DNA of 64,000 bases from Phenylobacterium sp. (GTDB lineage: Bacteria > Pseudomonadota > Alphaproteobacteria > Caulobacterales > Caulobacteraceae). The notes under the pieces are model-generated. The model saw nothing but the letters and a program-made list of their open reading frames with translations, did no database searches and was not told the origin of the DNA. Positions 27,916 through 37,905 of the stretch are shown piece after piece; the first letter of the stretch is position 1, and each line of letters opens with the position of its first letter. Location of the stretch: NCBI RefSeq assembly GCF_041916435.1, contig NZ_JAYRZM010000007.1:241651-305650 (forward strand). Direction: 5' to 3'. Both the position numbers and the translations under genes were made by a program.

Positions 27916-28740
27916 ATGGCTATTCAGGGCATTAGGGGAGTCGTCGAGGCCGCCATCCAGCGCGCCTCGTCCGCCACGGGCGTCGACTTCGGCTTCCTGA
28001 TGCGCACGGCCGCCCGCGAGAGCGGCTACAACCCCAAGGCCAAGGCCGGTTCGTCGTCCGCCGCGGGGCTCTTCCAGTTCGTCGAGCAGACCTGGCTCTC
28101 CACGCTCAAGCAGCATGGCGCCAAGTACGGCTATGCGCGCTACGCCGACCTGATCCAGAAGGGGCCCGACGGCCGTTACTCCGTTCCCGCAGGAGCCGCG
28201 CGCAAGGCCGTGATGGACCTGCGGTTCGACCCGCACGCGGCGTCGCTGATGGCCGGCGAACTGGCGGCCGACCACGCCTCCTATCTGCGCGGGCGCACTG
28301 GCCGCTCGCCGACCGCGGGCGAGCTCTATGCGGCTCACTTCCTGGGGCCGCAGGGGTCGGCGCGGCTGATCGAGGCGATGCGGTCGCGGCCGGGCGCGGC
28401 GGCGGCGGGCCTTTTCCCGGACGCGGCGGCGGCCAACCGGAACATCTTCTATCCCGGCGGGCGCGCCGCCACCGTGGCCGAGGTCTATGCGAATCTCACG
28501 CGCACCGGCGGCGCGGGGCCGGCCGGGGGGGCGGCGGTCGCGCCGAACGAAGACGACGGCTTCGTTCAGTACGCCTCCGCCCGCCGCATGGACCGGGTGA
28601 AGGAGCAGGACGCGCTCGTGCAGATGATCCTGCGGGGATCGCAGTCGCCGGATACGCCTGACGCCTCCCGGTCGGTCACCGGGTCGCTGTTCACGAGCGA
28701 GATGCTGCGGGTCCTCGCCGACGCGCGCGACAAGAGCTGA
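27916..28740 (+). CDS. SLT-domain lytic transglycosylase-like protein
   Basis: ARES catalytic Glu, SSAAGLFQF, LYAAHFLG. Confidence 0.88.
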   Translation: MAIQGIRGVVEAAIQRASSATGVDFGFLMRTAARESGYNPKAKAGSSSAAGLFQFVEQTWLSTLKQHGAKYGYARYADLIQKGPDGRYSVPAGAARKAVMDLRFDPHAASLMAGELAADHASYLRGRTGRSPTAGELYAAHFLGPQGSARLIEAMRSRPGAAAAGLFPDAAAANRNIFYPGGRAATVAEVYANLTRTGGAGPAGGAAVAPNEDDGFVQYASARRMDRVKEQDALVQMILRGSQSPDTPDASRSVTGSLFTSEMLRVLADARDKS

Positions 28741-28874
28741 CGCGCACAATCGCGCGAGCGGATCGTTCTCCTGGGGCAATGATCGGTAATTTCAATCTGG
28801 TGTGTTGAAATCCTGCGGTTGTCGCGCAGGATCGGCCTCTAGGAAGCCGTCGCGCAGGACGGTATGGCTTGGGC

Positions 28875-30464
28875 ATGCTGACGCCGATCGCCCGCCACCG
28901 CGCCAAGGCGCTTCTCAGATTGGGAGTGATGAAGTGCCGCCAGGCTGTGCACGCGCTGGCGCTCACGTGCCCTGAGGAGCAGCGCCGCCGGATCGAGGCG
29001 GACATCCACGCGGCTGGCCGCATCAGCAACGGCTATCTGCTGCTGCTGACCTGCGCTTGCGGCATCGCCATCCTGGGCCTGCTGCAATCTTCCGCGGCCG
29101 TGGTGATCGGCGCCATGCTGATCTCGCCCTTGATGGGCCCGATCATGTCCATGGGCGTCTCGCTCGCCCGGTTCGATCCGCCGACGGCCAAGGAGGCCGG
29201 GATTTCCCTGGCCGTGGGGGCGCTGGGGGCGATCGCCGCCTCGGCGCTGATCGTCTGGCTGTCGCCCCTGAAGGACGTCACGCCGGAAATCCTGGCGCGG
29301 ACCCGGCCGACGCTGCTGGACCTGGTCGTGGCGGTGCTGTCCGGCGTCGTCGGGGCCTATGTGACCATCACCCAGCGGGGAGCCGTGATCGCCGGCGTGG
29401 CCATCGCCACGGCCCTGATGCCGCCGCTGGCGGTGGTGGGCTACGGCGTGGCCACGATGTCGCCCCAGATCGCGGGCGGGGCGCTGCTGCTGTTCCTCAC
29501 CAACGTCGTGGCGATCCTGGCCGCGGTCTACGGCGTGGCGCTGCTCTACGGCTTCAGGCACGTCGGCGCGGTCGAGGCGCGCTGGCAGACGCCGGTGCTC
29601 CTGGGCGCGATGACGGCGCTCTGCGTGCCCCTGGCGTTGTCCCTGAGGAGCATCGTCATCGAGGCGAAGGAGACCGGCCGCGCGCGCGCCGTGATCGAGA
29701 AGACCTTCGCCGACCAGTCGCCGCGGGTCAGCGACCTGGAGGTGCAGCTCGCCCATAGCCGGCTCTCGAAAGTTCAGGCCGTCGTCCTCACGCGCAAGTA
29801 CGTCTCCGGCGCCGAGGCCTCCGTGAAGAAGGCGCTGGGGCAGGACTGCACCGTGGAGCTGGAGCAAGTGCTGGTCGCCGAGGGTGAGCCGGCCGCTTCC
29901 GGTTCGGCCTTGGCCAACCGCGCCTTGACGGCCCAGGCGACCGCGCCGCGCACGCCCGAGGCGCGGCTGCGCGAGATGCTGTCGGCCACGGGCCAGGTCT
30001 CCTCCATCGACCGCCAGGACGGCGCGATCACGGCCACGGTGGTGCTGCCCGGCTCGCCGGGGCTGTCGAGCTATCGGGCGCTCGAGATCGCCGCGCAGCG
30101 GTTCCTGCCGGACACCGAGGTGCAGATCGTCCCGCCGTTCGCGCCCTTGCCGGTGATCAGCTTCGCGCGCGGCTCGCGGGCGCTGTCCGGCGCCGCGCGC
30201 GCCGACCTGGCCGTCACGGCGTGGGCGCTCAAGCGCTGGGGACTGTCGTCCGTCCGGGTCGAGGGCGTCGCCAGCCCCGGCCGGCGCGGGCCGCGACGGA
30301 TCGACCAGGCGCTCGCCGAGGGCCGCGCGCAGGCGGTCGCCGATGCGCTTTCCGGTTTGGGCGTGACGGTCAGCCAGGTCAGCGGCTCGGTGCCGGACAC
30401 GCCCGGCGTGGATTCGCCGGACCTGTGGGTCGCCAGGCTGACGCCGGAGGGCCAGGCGCGGTGA
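28875..30464 (+). CDS. DUF389 membrane protein with C-terminal OmpA-like domain
   Basis: SAAVVIGAMLISPLMGP, EILARTRPTLLDL, GVAIATALMPPL; C-terminal ISF..GS..L...VRVEG...LAEGRAQAVADAL. Confidence 0.85.
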   Translation: MLTPIARHRAKALLRLGVMKCRQAVHALALTCPEEQRRRIEADIHAAGRISNGYLLLLTCACGIAILGLLQSSAAVVIGAMLISPLMGPIMSMGVSLARFDPPTAKEAGISLAVGALGAIAASALIVWLSPLKDVTPEILARTRPTLLDLVVAVLSGVVGAYVTITQRGAVIAGVAIATALMPPLAVVGYGVATMSPQIAGGALLLFLTNVVAILAAVYGVALLYGFRHVGAVEARWQTPVLLGAMTALCVPLALSLRSIVIEAKETGRARAVIEKTFADQSPRVSDLEVQLAHSRLSKVQAVVLTRKYVSGAEASVKKALGQDCTVELEQVLVAEGEPAASGSALANRALTAQATAPRTPEARLREMLSATGQVSSIDRQDGAITATVVLPGSPGLSSYRALEIAAQRFLPDTEVQIVPPFAPLPVISFARGSRALSGAARADLAVTAWALKRWGLSSVRVEGVASPGRRGPRRIDQALAEGRAQAVADALSGLGVTVSQVSGSVPDTPGVDSPDLWVARLTPEGQAR

Positions 30465-32197
30465 GCGAGCCGCTGCTCAGCGGGATCGTCCTGATCCTGA
30501 CGCTGGTGCTCTTCGCCATGGATCGCGTGCGCCACGACCTGGTGGCCGTCATCGCGCTCGGCGCATGCCTGCTGCTGGGCCTGGTGACGCCGCAGCAGGC
30601 GCTCGTGGGCTTTTCCGATTCCGCCGTCGTGGTGGTCGCCGCCGTCCTGATCATCGGCCGCGCCATTGAGCTGACCGGCGTGGCCGCCGCCGCGACCGAA
30701 CGGCTGGCGGCGCTGCGGGCGCCGTTCCCCCTGCAGCTTGGGGTGCTTCTCCTGGTCGCTGCGGCGCTGTCCTCGTTCATGAACAACATCGCCGCCCTGG
30801 CGATCACCATGCCGGCGGTGGCGGGCATCTGCCGCAACGCCCGCCTGCCGCCGGGCGCGGGCCTGATGCCGCTGTCCTTCGCCACGATCCTCGGCGGGAT
30901 GACCACCCTGATCGGCACGCCCGCCAACCTGATCCTGTCGTCGGTGCGCAAGGACCAGCTCGGCGCGGCCTTCGGCTTCTTCGACATGACCGTGGTGGGC
31001 GGCGCCGTGGCGGTTGTGGGGCTCGCCTACCTCTGCTTCGTGGGCTGGCGGCTGACGCCCCGCCGCGCGGGCCGCGCGACCGACGCCGGCGGGCGCAGCG
31101 TGTTCGAGCTGCAGCCGCCGCAGCCCGACGGCGTCAAGCCGGTGGCGGCGGCCAAGGTCTTCGCCGCGCTCAGCGGCGCGCGCGCCCATGTGCTGGCCGT
31201 GGTCCGCCACCACGAGCGGCTCAAGCCCCGCGCGGTGGACGCGCTCTATTCGACGGACCGCGTCCTGGTGGTCAGCCGCAACGACCCGTGGGAGGTGGCC
31301 AAGGCCTCCGGCTGCCGGCTCGGCGCCCCGGTGTCGAACGCGCCGGACGCGGTGACGGCGCGCATCGTGGTGGGCCACGGCTCGCCGCTGGTGGGCCGGC
31401 CCTACGACACCATCGCCGCGGAGACGGACGGGGACCTGCGCGTCGTCGCCGCCGGGCCGCGCGCGGCGCGGGCGCAGGGGCCGCTGGGGGCCCTGGACAT
31501 CCAGCCGGGCGACCAGCTCACCGTCCACGGCCCCGCCCAGCGGCTGGAAAGCTACATCCGCTACGCCCGGCTGCTGGAGGTGGAGCGCAAGGCGGCGGTG
31601 GTGGTGCAGCCGCGCCGGGCGGCCCTGGCGGTGGCGATCTATGCGGCGGCGGTGCTGGCCGCGGTGGTGTTCGGCTGGCCCACGGCGCTGACCTTCGCGG
31701 CGGCCGCGGCGGCGCTGGCGGCGCTGAAGTTCCTGCCGCCCCAGGAGATCTACAGCTCGATCGACTGGCCCGCGATCGTGCTGCTGGGCGCGATGATCCC
31801 GGTGGGGCAGAGTTTCGAGACCAGCGGCGCGGCGGCGATCGTCGCCCATCAGCTCGGCGAATGGCTGGCGGGCGCGCCGCTCCTGGTGGCCGCCGCCTGC
31901 ACGACGGCGGCCACGCTGATCCTGTCGATCTTCCTGAACAACGTCGCCACGGCGGTGATCATGGGGCCGATCGCCATCGCCGTGTCGCGGGCCCTGGGCG
32001 CTCCGCCGGACGCGCTGTTGCTGGCCGTGCTCGTCGGCGCGTCCTCCGACTTCCTCACGCCGATCGGCCACCAGAACAACCTGTTGGTGATGGGCCCCGG
32101 CGGCTATCGCTTCGCCGACTACGGACGGGTGGGCTGGATCCTGTCGCTGCTGGTAGTCGGCGTTTCGGCCACGACCATTTCCTTGGTCTATGGCTAG
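30461..32197 (+). CDS. SLC13/DASS family permease with TrkA-C-like domains
   Basis: SSFMNNIA, GGMTTLIGTPANL, FLNNVAT, FLTPIGHQNNLLVMGPGGYRFADY; GTGA overlap. Confidence 0.9.
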   Translation: MSEPLLSGIVLILTLVLFAMDRVRHDLVAVIALGACLLLGLVTPQQALVGFSDSAVVVVAAVLIIGRAIELTGVAAAATERLAALRAPFPLQLGVLLLVAAALSSFMNNIAALAITMPAVAGICRNARLPPGAGLMPLSFATILGGMTTLIGTPANLILSSVRKDQLGAAFGFFDMTVVGGAVAVVGLAYLCFVGWRLTPRRAGRATDAGGRSVFELQPPQPDGVKPVAAAKVFAALSGARAHVLAVVRHHERLKPRAVDALYSTDRVLVVSRNDPWEVAKASGCRLGAPVSNAPDAVTARIVVGHGSPLVGRPYDTIAAETDGDLRVVAAGPRAARAQGPLGALDIQPGDQLTVHGPAQRLESYIRYARLLEVERKAAVVVQPRRAALAVAIYAAAVLAAVVFGWPTALTFAAAAAALAALKFLPPQEIYSSIDWPAIVLLGAMIPVGQSFETSGAAAIVAHQLGEWLAGAPLLVAAACTTAATLILSIFLNNVATAVIMGPIAIAVSRALGAPPDALLLAVLVGASSDFLTPIGHQNNLLVMGPGGYRFADYGRVGWILSLLVVGVSATTISLVYG

Positions 32198-32307
32198 GCG
32201 TTGCGCGGCCGCCGACAGGTCACGGCATTGTCATGGGGCTCCCGCGCTCGGCGATGCTATTGAAGCGCGACTATGAATATTCGTTAACCTTTGGGGGCGA
32301 ACCGGGC

Positions 32308-32658
32308 ATGCCTGAAGTCAACGCATCGGACACCGTCGTCGTGGCGTGCGCGGCGCCCGAATCTTCGGAAAAGATTGTCGGCATTCTTTCCGACTTCGGT
32401 TTCAGCGTCGTCGGCCCGGTGGACTCCGCCCGCATGGCGCTCGCGCTCGCCGCCCAGACGCCGCTGACGCTGGCGGTGGTGGGCTCCAAGCTCACCGGCC
32501 GCCGCGACGGGCCAGCCCTGGCGCGCGAGCTGATGAACACCTGGGGCGTGCCCTCGGTGCTGGTCGACGCCGATGACGAGGACGCCGACTGGCGCGCCGC
32601 CGATCCGGTGGCCGCTCGCCTGCGCCGGGCCCTCACGGAAGCCGAACTAACGGCCTGA
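32308..32658 (+). CDS. Stand-alone degenerate (pseudo-)receiver domain protein
   Basis: Receiver pattern GFSVVGPV.S...AL...LAVV.S.L....DG..LAR..WGVP; acidic pocket and phospho-Asp absent. Confidence 0.65.
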   Translation: MPEVNASDTVVVACAAPESSEKIVGILSDFGFSVVGPVDSARMALALAAQTPLTLAVVGSKLTGRRDGPALARELMNTWGVPSVLVDADDEDADWRAADPVAARLRRALTEAELTA

Positions 32659-32686
32659 TCCGGCGATCCGGCGGGCAGGGGCCGTC

Positions 32687-33883
32687 TCAGGCGGCCGCGC
32701 CCTCGTCGTACATCGCCTCGATGTCGGCCGCCGAGAAGCCGGCCTCTTCAAGCACCTTTCGCGTGTCCCGGCCCAGCGCCGGGCAGGGCGGCAGCACGCC
32801 CGGGTCAAGCCCGGGGAAGACCGCCGGCGCGGCGGGCGACAGGTGCGCGCGGCCGGATCCGTCGTCCACCTCCACCAGGGCTCCGGCTGCCCGAAGCTGC
32901 GGGTCCGCGGCCACTTCGGCCGGGGTCTGGGCGGGCGCCCAGGCGAGGTCGGCTTCGTTCAGCCGCCGCGCGATCTCGTCGAACGCCATGGCGCCGAAGG
33001 CGGCGTCCAGTTCGGCGACCAGGAGGGCGCTGTTGTCCTTGCGCGAGCGGCTGGTGCGGAACCGTTCGTCCTCGGTCAGCTCCGGCCGTCCGGCCACCTT
33101 GGTCAGCACCGGCCAGTCGACGGCCCCGCCGCGGGGATTGACCACGAACCAGCGATCGTCGGCGCTGCGGTAGAAGTTGGCCACCGGATCGAACGGCGCG
33201 GTGCGCGGCTTGTTCGAGGCGAGCCGGCCGAAGCGCAACTGCACGGCCAGGTCCGAGCCGACGGTGTAGACGCCGGTGGCGAGCAGCGAGGTCTGCACCA
33301 GGCGGCCGACGCCGGTGTGCTCGCGCTCGTAAACCGCCGCCAGGATCGCCGAGACCGTCGCCAGGGACGTGGTGTGGTCGCCGACGCCCGTGCGCAGCAG
33401 GAACGGGTCGTGGCCCTTGGGCGTGGTCATCATCGCCACCCCGGCGCGGGCCCAGAAGGCCGTCACGTCGAAGCCGGGGGTCTCGGCCTCGGTTCCTTCC
33501 AGGCCATAGCCGGTGACCATGGCGTAGATCAGCCGCGGGTTGGCCTTGCGCAGGGTCGGCTCGTCCAGGCCCGACTTCTTCAGCGAACTGGCCCGCACGT
33601 TGGTGAGGAAGACGTCGGCCTTGGCCGCCAGCCGGGCCAGCGCCTCGCGCCCGCGCGGCTTGGAGATGTCCAGCACCACCGAGCGCTTGCCGCGGTTGTC
33701 CATCTCGAACGTCGGGTTGCCGGAAAGCTCGCTCTTGGCGTCGGCGAAGACGTGACGCATCGCATCGCCGCCCGGACGCTCGACCTTGATCACCTGCGCG
33801 CCCCAGTCGGCGAGAATGCCGGCGGCGCCGGGCGCGGCGATATAGGATGCGAATTCGACGACCTTCAGGCCATTCAGAAGCAC
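32687..33883 (-). CDS. CaiB/BaiF family III CoA-transferase
   Basis: LADWGAQVIKVE, NRGKRS, TGYG, GFD. Confidence 0.93.
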   Translation of the reverse strand: MLLNGLKVVEFASYIAAPGAAGILADWGAQVIKVERPGGDAMRHVFADAKSELSGNPTFEMDNRGKRSVVLDISKPRGREALARLAAKADVFLTNVRASSLKKSGLDEPTLRKANPRLIYAMVTGYGLEGTEAETPGFDVTAFWARAGVAMMTTPKGHDPFLLRTGVGDHTTSLATVSAILAAVYEREHTGVGRLVQTSLLATGVYTVGSDLAVQLRFGRLASNKPRTAPFDPVANFYRSADDRWFVVNPRGGAVDWPVLTKVAGRPELTEDERFRTSRSRKDNSALLVAELDAAFGAMAFDEIARRLNEADLAWAPAQTPAEVAADPQLRAAGALVEVDDGSGRAHLSPAAPAVFPGLDPGVLPPCPALGRDTRKVLEEAGFSAADIEAMYDEGAAA

Positions 33884-33940
33884 GGCGGTTCCTCCCCTTG
33901 GCGGGAAGTCTTAGCCGTGGGCGGGCCGGTTCGGAAGCCT

Positions 33941-35731
33941 TCAGGCCACCTGGCGCGCGCCGAACTCGCCCTGCGTGGCGCAGGCGTCGGCCACGGCGCG
34001 GGCGACCGCGGCCACGGTGACCGGCTTGCGCAGCACCACGTCCGCGCCGGCCTCGACGCATTCGGCTGCCTCGTCGGCGTCGCCGCCGATCACGGCGATG
34101 ATCGGCGTGCGCCCGGCCGCCTCGGGCAGGGCGCGGATCGCGCGCATCGCCTCCGGGCCGTCCATGCCGGGCATGCGTCCGTCGATCATCAGCAGGTCGA
34201 AGTCGCACACCCGGGCCAGATCGGCGGCGCGGCGGCCGTCGATGGCGTGCACCACGTGATGGCCGAGCTGCTCCAGGATGGCGCGCAGCATGGCCGCGTT
34301 CAGCGCGTCGTCCTCGGCGATGAGGATGCGCAGGCCCTTGCGTTCGGCAGGCGTCTCGGGCTGAGCCGCTTCCACCTGCGCGACGCGGTCGATGCTGGCC
34401 AGCGGATCGAACGGCAGCTCCAGGCGCAGGCAGCTTCCCACGCCGAGCGCGCTCGTCGCCGTCAGCTCCCCGCCCATCAGGCGCGCCAGGTGCAGCGACA
34501 GCGACAGGCCAAGACCGGCGCCGCGCACGCCGGCGCTCGTGCGCTGGATCCGGTGGAAGGCTTCGAAGGCCTTCTCGATCTCCTCGGGCGTCAGGCCCGG
34601 CCCGGTGTCGGCGATGGCGATGGCCAGGCGCTCGGAGCCGACGAGCTCGATCCGGGCCTCCACGCGGCCGCGGACGGTGAACTTCAAGGCGTTGCTGATC
34701 AGGTTGGCCAGGATCTGGCGCACCCGGGCAGGGTCGGCCACCACCGCGCCCTTGCTGGCGTCGGCGAGCTCGGCGTCCACGTGCAGGGCGAACTCCAGGC
34801 CCTTGGCCGCGGCCGCCGGCCGGTTCAGGAGCACCAGGTCGCGGACCAGCGCCACGGGATCGAACGCGCGGGTGTCCACGGACAGCCGGCCGGATTCGGC
34901 GGTCTCCGAATCCAGGGTCGTGTTCAGCACGTTGATCAGGTCGTTGGTGGCGTCCAGCGCGGCGGAGAGCTGCTCGCGCGACGGCGCCTGGCGGCCGCTG
35001 CGGCCGGCCGCGGCGGCCAGCACGTGGGCGACGCCCGCAAGGCCGTTGCGGATTTCGTGCGAGAGCGTGGCGACGATGTCGGACTTCGACTGCGCCAGGC
35101 GCTGGGCTTCCTCCGCCGAACGCGCCCGCTCGGCGATCAGGGTCTCGCGGTCGGCGGCCAGCGTGAACTGGCGGCGCAGCGTGCGGTTGAGGATCAGCGC
35201 CAGGGCGAAGGCCAGCGCCACCGCGCCCCAGACGAAGGCGGTCAGGTTCGGGTCCGACCGCTCCACGGTGATGGCGATGAGCGGGGCGGCCACGGCGGCG
35301 GGCCCGACGATCGCCAGGCTCGGCAGCCAGGGCGCCGTGAAGAAGATGCAGATCACGCCGGCCGCCGACGCCATCATCAGCAGCGCCGTGCGGGCGGGTC
35401 CGGCGTCGTCGGCGAACACCGTCACCTGCACGATCGCCGCCGCCCAAAGCAGGCCGCTCAGGATGTGCACCCGCGCGCGGGTCTCCAGGTTCTCGGCCTG
35501 CGGTTCGCGCAGCCAGTTCACCACGGCGTAGAAGCCGGCCCAGGCGATGGCGAACGCCACCAGGGCGAAGCTCATCCAGGCCACGTTCGCCGCGTGAGAG
35601 CCGACCCATACGAAGATCGGCAGGCTGACCCCGAACGCGGCCAGCGCGTAGGGCAGCAGCGCGCGCTGCGCTTCCAGGGCCTGGTGGGTGACGGAAACGC
35701 CGCCGCCCAAGGGCCTGGCCGCTTTGAACAT
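33941..35731 (-). CDS. Membrane hybrid histidine kinase-receiver
   Basis: About 5 TMs; SHEIRN, NLISNALKFT, DTGPG, GAGLGL; receiver EDD..MIDGRMP..KP; start uncertain. Confidence 0.9.
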   Translation of the reverse strand: MFKAARPLGGGVSVTHQALEAQRALLPYALAAFGVSLPIFVWVGSHAANVAWMSFALVAFAIAWAGFYAVVNWLREPQAENLETRARVHILSGLLWAAAIVQVTVFADDAGPARTALLMMASAAGVICIFFTAPWLPSLAIVGPAAVAAPLIAITVERSDPNLTAFVWGAVALAFALALILNRTLRRQFTLAADRETLIAERARSAEEAQRLAQSKSDIVATLSHEIRNGLAGVAHVLAAAAGRSGRQAPSREQLSAALDATNDLINVLNTTLDSETAESGRLSVDTRAFDPVALVRDLVLLNRPAAAAKGLEFALHVDAELADASKGAVVADPARVRQILANLISNALKFTVRGRVEARIELVGSERLAIAIADTGPGLTPEEIEKAFEAFHRIQRTSAGVRGAGLGLSLSLHLARLMGGELTATSALGVGSCLRLELPFDPLASIDRVAQVEAAQPETPAERKGLRILIAEDDALNAAMLRAILEQLGHHVVHAIDGRRAADLARVCDFDLLMIDGRMPGMDGPEAMRAIRALPEAAGRTPIIAVIGGDADEAAECVEAGADVVLRKPVTVAAVARAVADACATQGEFGARQVA

Positions 35732-35910
35732 GGGTGAAAAGAACACGTACGCATCCCCTGCGGCGAGGCGCGCAGATTAGGGGCCGTAACGTTGGCGCGG
35801 GGTTACCCAAGAGCGTTAACCGCTTATGAGCGGGGGCAACCGAACGTTAAGCCTAAAGCGCCGATACTGGGGCGAACGATGACTTGGCCGATGGGGCCTG
35901 CGGGGGCGGC

Positions 35911-37059
35911 ATGACGACGACGCGCGCGGCGTTGACCGACGAAGACATCCGCACGTTGGTGAGGGGAGCCACGCCAGACGAGCGCGCGATGGCGGCTCAG
36001 AAGATCTGCCGTTCCATCGATCGCGACGATCTGACCGCCGAGGACCGCGCTCGCGCCAGCGAAATCCTGCGGGTCATGGCCGCCGACGCGGCCGAGCTGG
36101 TCCGGCGGGCCATGGCCATCACGCTCAAGTCGTCCGCGGTTCTACCGCACGACGTGGCCATGCGGCTGGCCGAGGACGTGGACAGCGTGTGCCTGCCGAT
36201 TCTCAGCTTTTCGCCGGTGTTCACCGACGACGATCTGGCTGAGATCGTGCGGCTGGGCGGCGCGGTGCAGCAGGTGGCCATCGCCAAGCGGCCGTCGCTG
36301 TCGCAGAAGGTGACCGGCGCCATCGCCGAGCACGGGGTCGAGCGCGCGATCGAGGTCGCCTGCGCCAACGACCGGGCCGACTTCGCCGAATCCGGCCTGC
36401 AGAAGGTGATCAGCCGCTTCGAACAGTCCGAGCGGGTGCTGGCCGCCATCGCCTATCGCCAGGTCCTGCCCATGTCGGTCACCGAGCGGCTGATCGACCT
36501 TGTCAGCGATCAGGTGCTGGACCACATCGTCAGCCATCACGAGATCTCCCCGGAGACCGCCGTTGAACTGGTCCTCGGCGCCAAGGAGCGGGCCACCATC
36601 GACCTGGTGGACCAGGCCGGGCGCACGGCGGACCTGAAGAGCTTCGTGGCGCACCTGAACAAGCACGAGCGGCTCACCGCCTCGCTGCTGCTGCGCGGCC
36701 TGGCGCACGGCCACATGGCGTTCTTCGAATGGGGCGTGGCCGAGCTTTCCGGCGTTCCGCACCATCGCACCTGGCTGATGATCCACGACGCCGGGCCGCT
36801 GGGCCTACGGGCCATCTACGAGCGGGCGGGCCTGCCGGCGCGGCTCTTCACCGCCTTTCGCGCCGGAGTGGACACCTTCCATTCCATGGAGAACGAGGGC
36901 GGCGCGCGCGATCAGAACCGCTTCCAGGAGCGCATGCTGCAGCGCTTCCTCACGCAGAAGCAGACCGTCGGCCGCGACGATACCGACTACCTGCTCGACC
37001 GGATGGATCTCGTGGCTCGCCGGTCGCGCCGCGAAGCGCGCACCCGCCTTAGCGCTTGA
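35911..37059 (+). CDS. DUF2336 protein, resembles Caulobacter pole-localised SpbR
   Basis: VRRAMA.TL..S..LP.DVA.RLA.D..V..PIL..SPV DUF2336 pattern; SpbR likeness from recollection only. Confidence 0.75.
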   Translation: MTTTRAALTDEDIRTLVRGATPDERAMAAQKICRSIDRDDLTAEDRARASEILRVMAADAAELVRRAMAITLKSSAVLPHDVAMRLAEDVDSVCLPILSFSPVFTDDDLAEIVRLGGAVQQVAIAKRPSLSQKVTGAIAEHGVERAIEVACANDRADFAESGLQKVISRFEQSERVLAAIAYRQVLPMSVTERLIDLVSDQVLDHIVSHHEISPETAVELVLGAKERATIDLVDQAGRTADLKSFVAHLNKHERLTASLLLRGLAHGHMAFFEWGVAELSGVPHHRTWLMIHDAGPLGLRAIYERAGLPARLFTAFRAGVDTFHSMENEGGARDQNRFQERMLQRFLTQKQTVGRDDTDYLLDRMDLVARRSRREARTRLSA

Positions 37060-37107
37060 CGTCGCGGCACGCTTGCCGGCCCGGCGGCGTGGGGTTCAAT
37101 CTGCGGC

Positions 37108-37890
37108 ATGAACCAGAAAGACACTGCGGCCGAGATACGGCCCGCCGCCACCATCCTGCTTCTTCGCGACGCGCCGGGCTTCGAGGTGCTGATGGTCGAG
37201 CGTCACCATCAGATCGACTTCGCCTCCGGCGCCCTGGTCTTTCCGGGCGGCAAGTGGCACGCGGGGGATCATGATCCGGCCTGGCTGGAGCACGTGATCG
37301 GCGGCGACGACTTCGATTCCGACCAGCGCGCCCTGCGCATCGCCGCGATCCGCGAGGTGTTCGAGGAGGCCGGCGTGCTGCTGGCCCGCAAGGACGGGGC
37401 GATGATCTCGGGCGAGGCCGCGCCAATGGACGTGCGCGCGGCGGTGGACCGGGGCGAGATGGCGTTCCTGGACGTCGTGCGGGGACTGGGCGCCAAGCTT
37501 GATCTGGACAGCCTGACCATCTTCGCCCGGTGGATCACGCCGGCGATCATGCCCAAACGGTTCGATACCTGGTTCTACATGGCCAAGGCGCCGGCCGACC
37601 AACTCGCCGCCTGCGACGGGCGCGAGACCGTGGACGCCACCTGGATCGCGCCGGCCGAAGCGCTGCGCAAGGCCGAGACCGGCGAGCGCAAGATCATATT
37701 CCCTACGCGGATGAATTTGCAGCTTCTGGCCGAAGCGAGCGACGCCGGCGACGCCATCGCCCGGGCCAAGGCGCGCCCGCTGGTGACCGTCGAGCCCAAG
37801 GTCGAGGATCGCCCGGACGGCAAGGTGCTGACGCTTCCGGCGGACGCCGGCTACGGCGATGTGGCCGAATCGCTGTCGTCGGTGGCCTAG
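37108..37890 (+). CDS. NUDIX hydrolase
   Basis: RPAATILL, VFPGGK, AIREVFEEAG, WITP..KRFDTWF. Confidence 0.88.
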   Translation: MNQKDTAAEIRPAATILLLRDAPGFEVLMVERHHQIDFASGALVFPGGKWHAGDHDPAWLEHVIGGDDFDSDQRALRIAAIREVFEEAGVLLARKDGAMISGEAAPMDVRAAVDRGEMAFLDVVRGLGAKLDLDSLTIFARWITPAIMPKRFDTWFYMAKAPADQLAACDGRETVDATWIAPAEALRKAETGERKIIFPTRMNLQLLAEASDAGDAIARAKARPLVTVEPKVEDRPDGKVLTLPADAGYGDVAESLSSVA

Positions 37891-37905
37891 GCGTCGTTCA
37901 GGGGC

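Noticed and set aside
32805-35810. 1001-aa and 964-aa overlapping ORFs
   Set aside because: Arg/Gly/Pro-rich alternative-frame and antisense shadows of the CoA-transferase and hybrid kinase.
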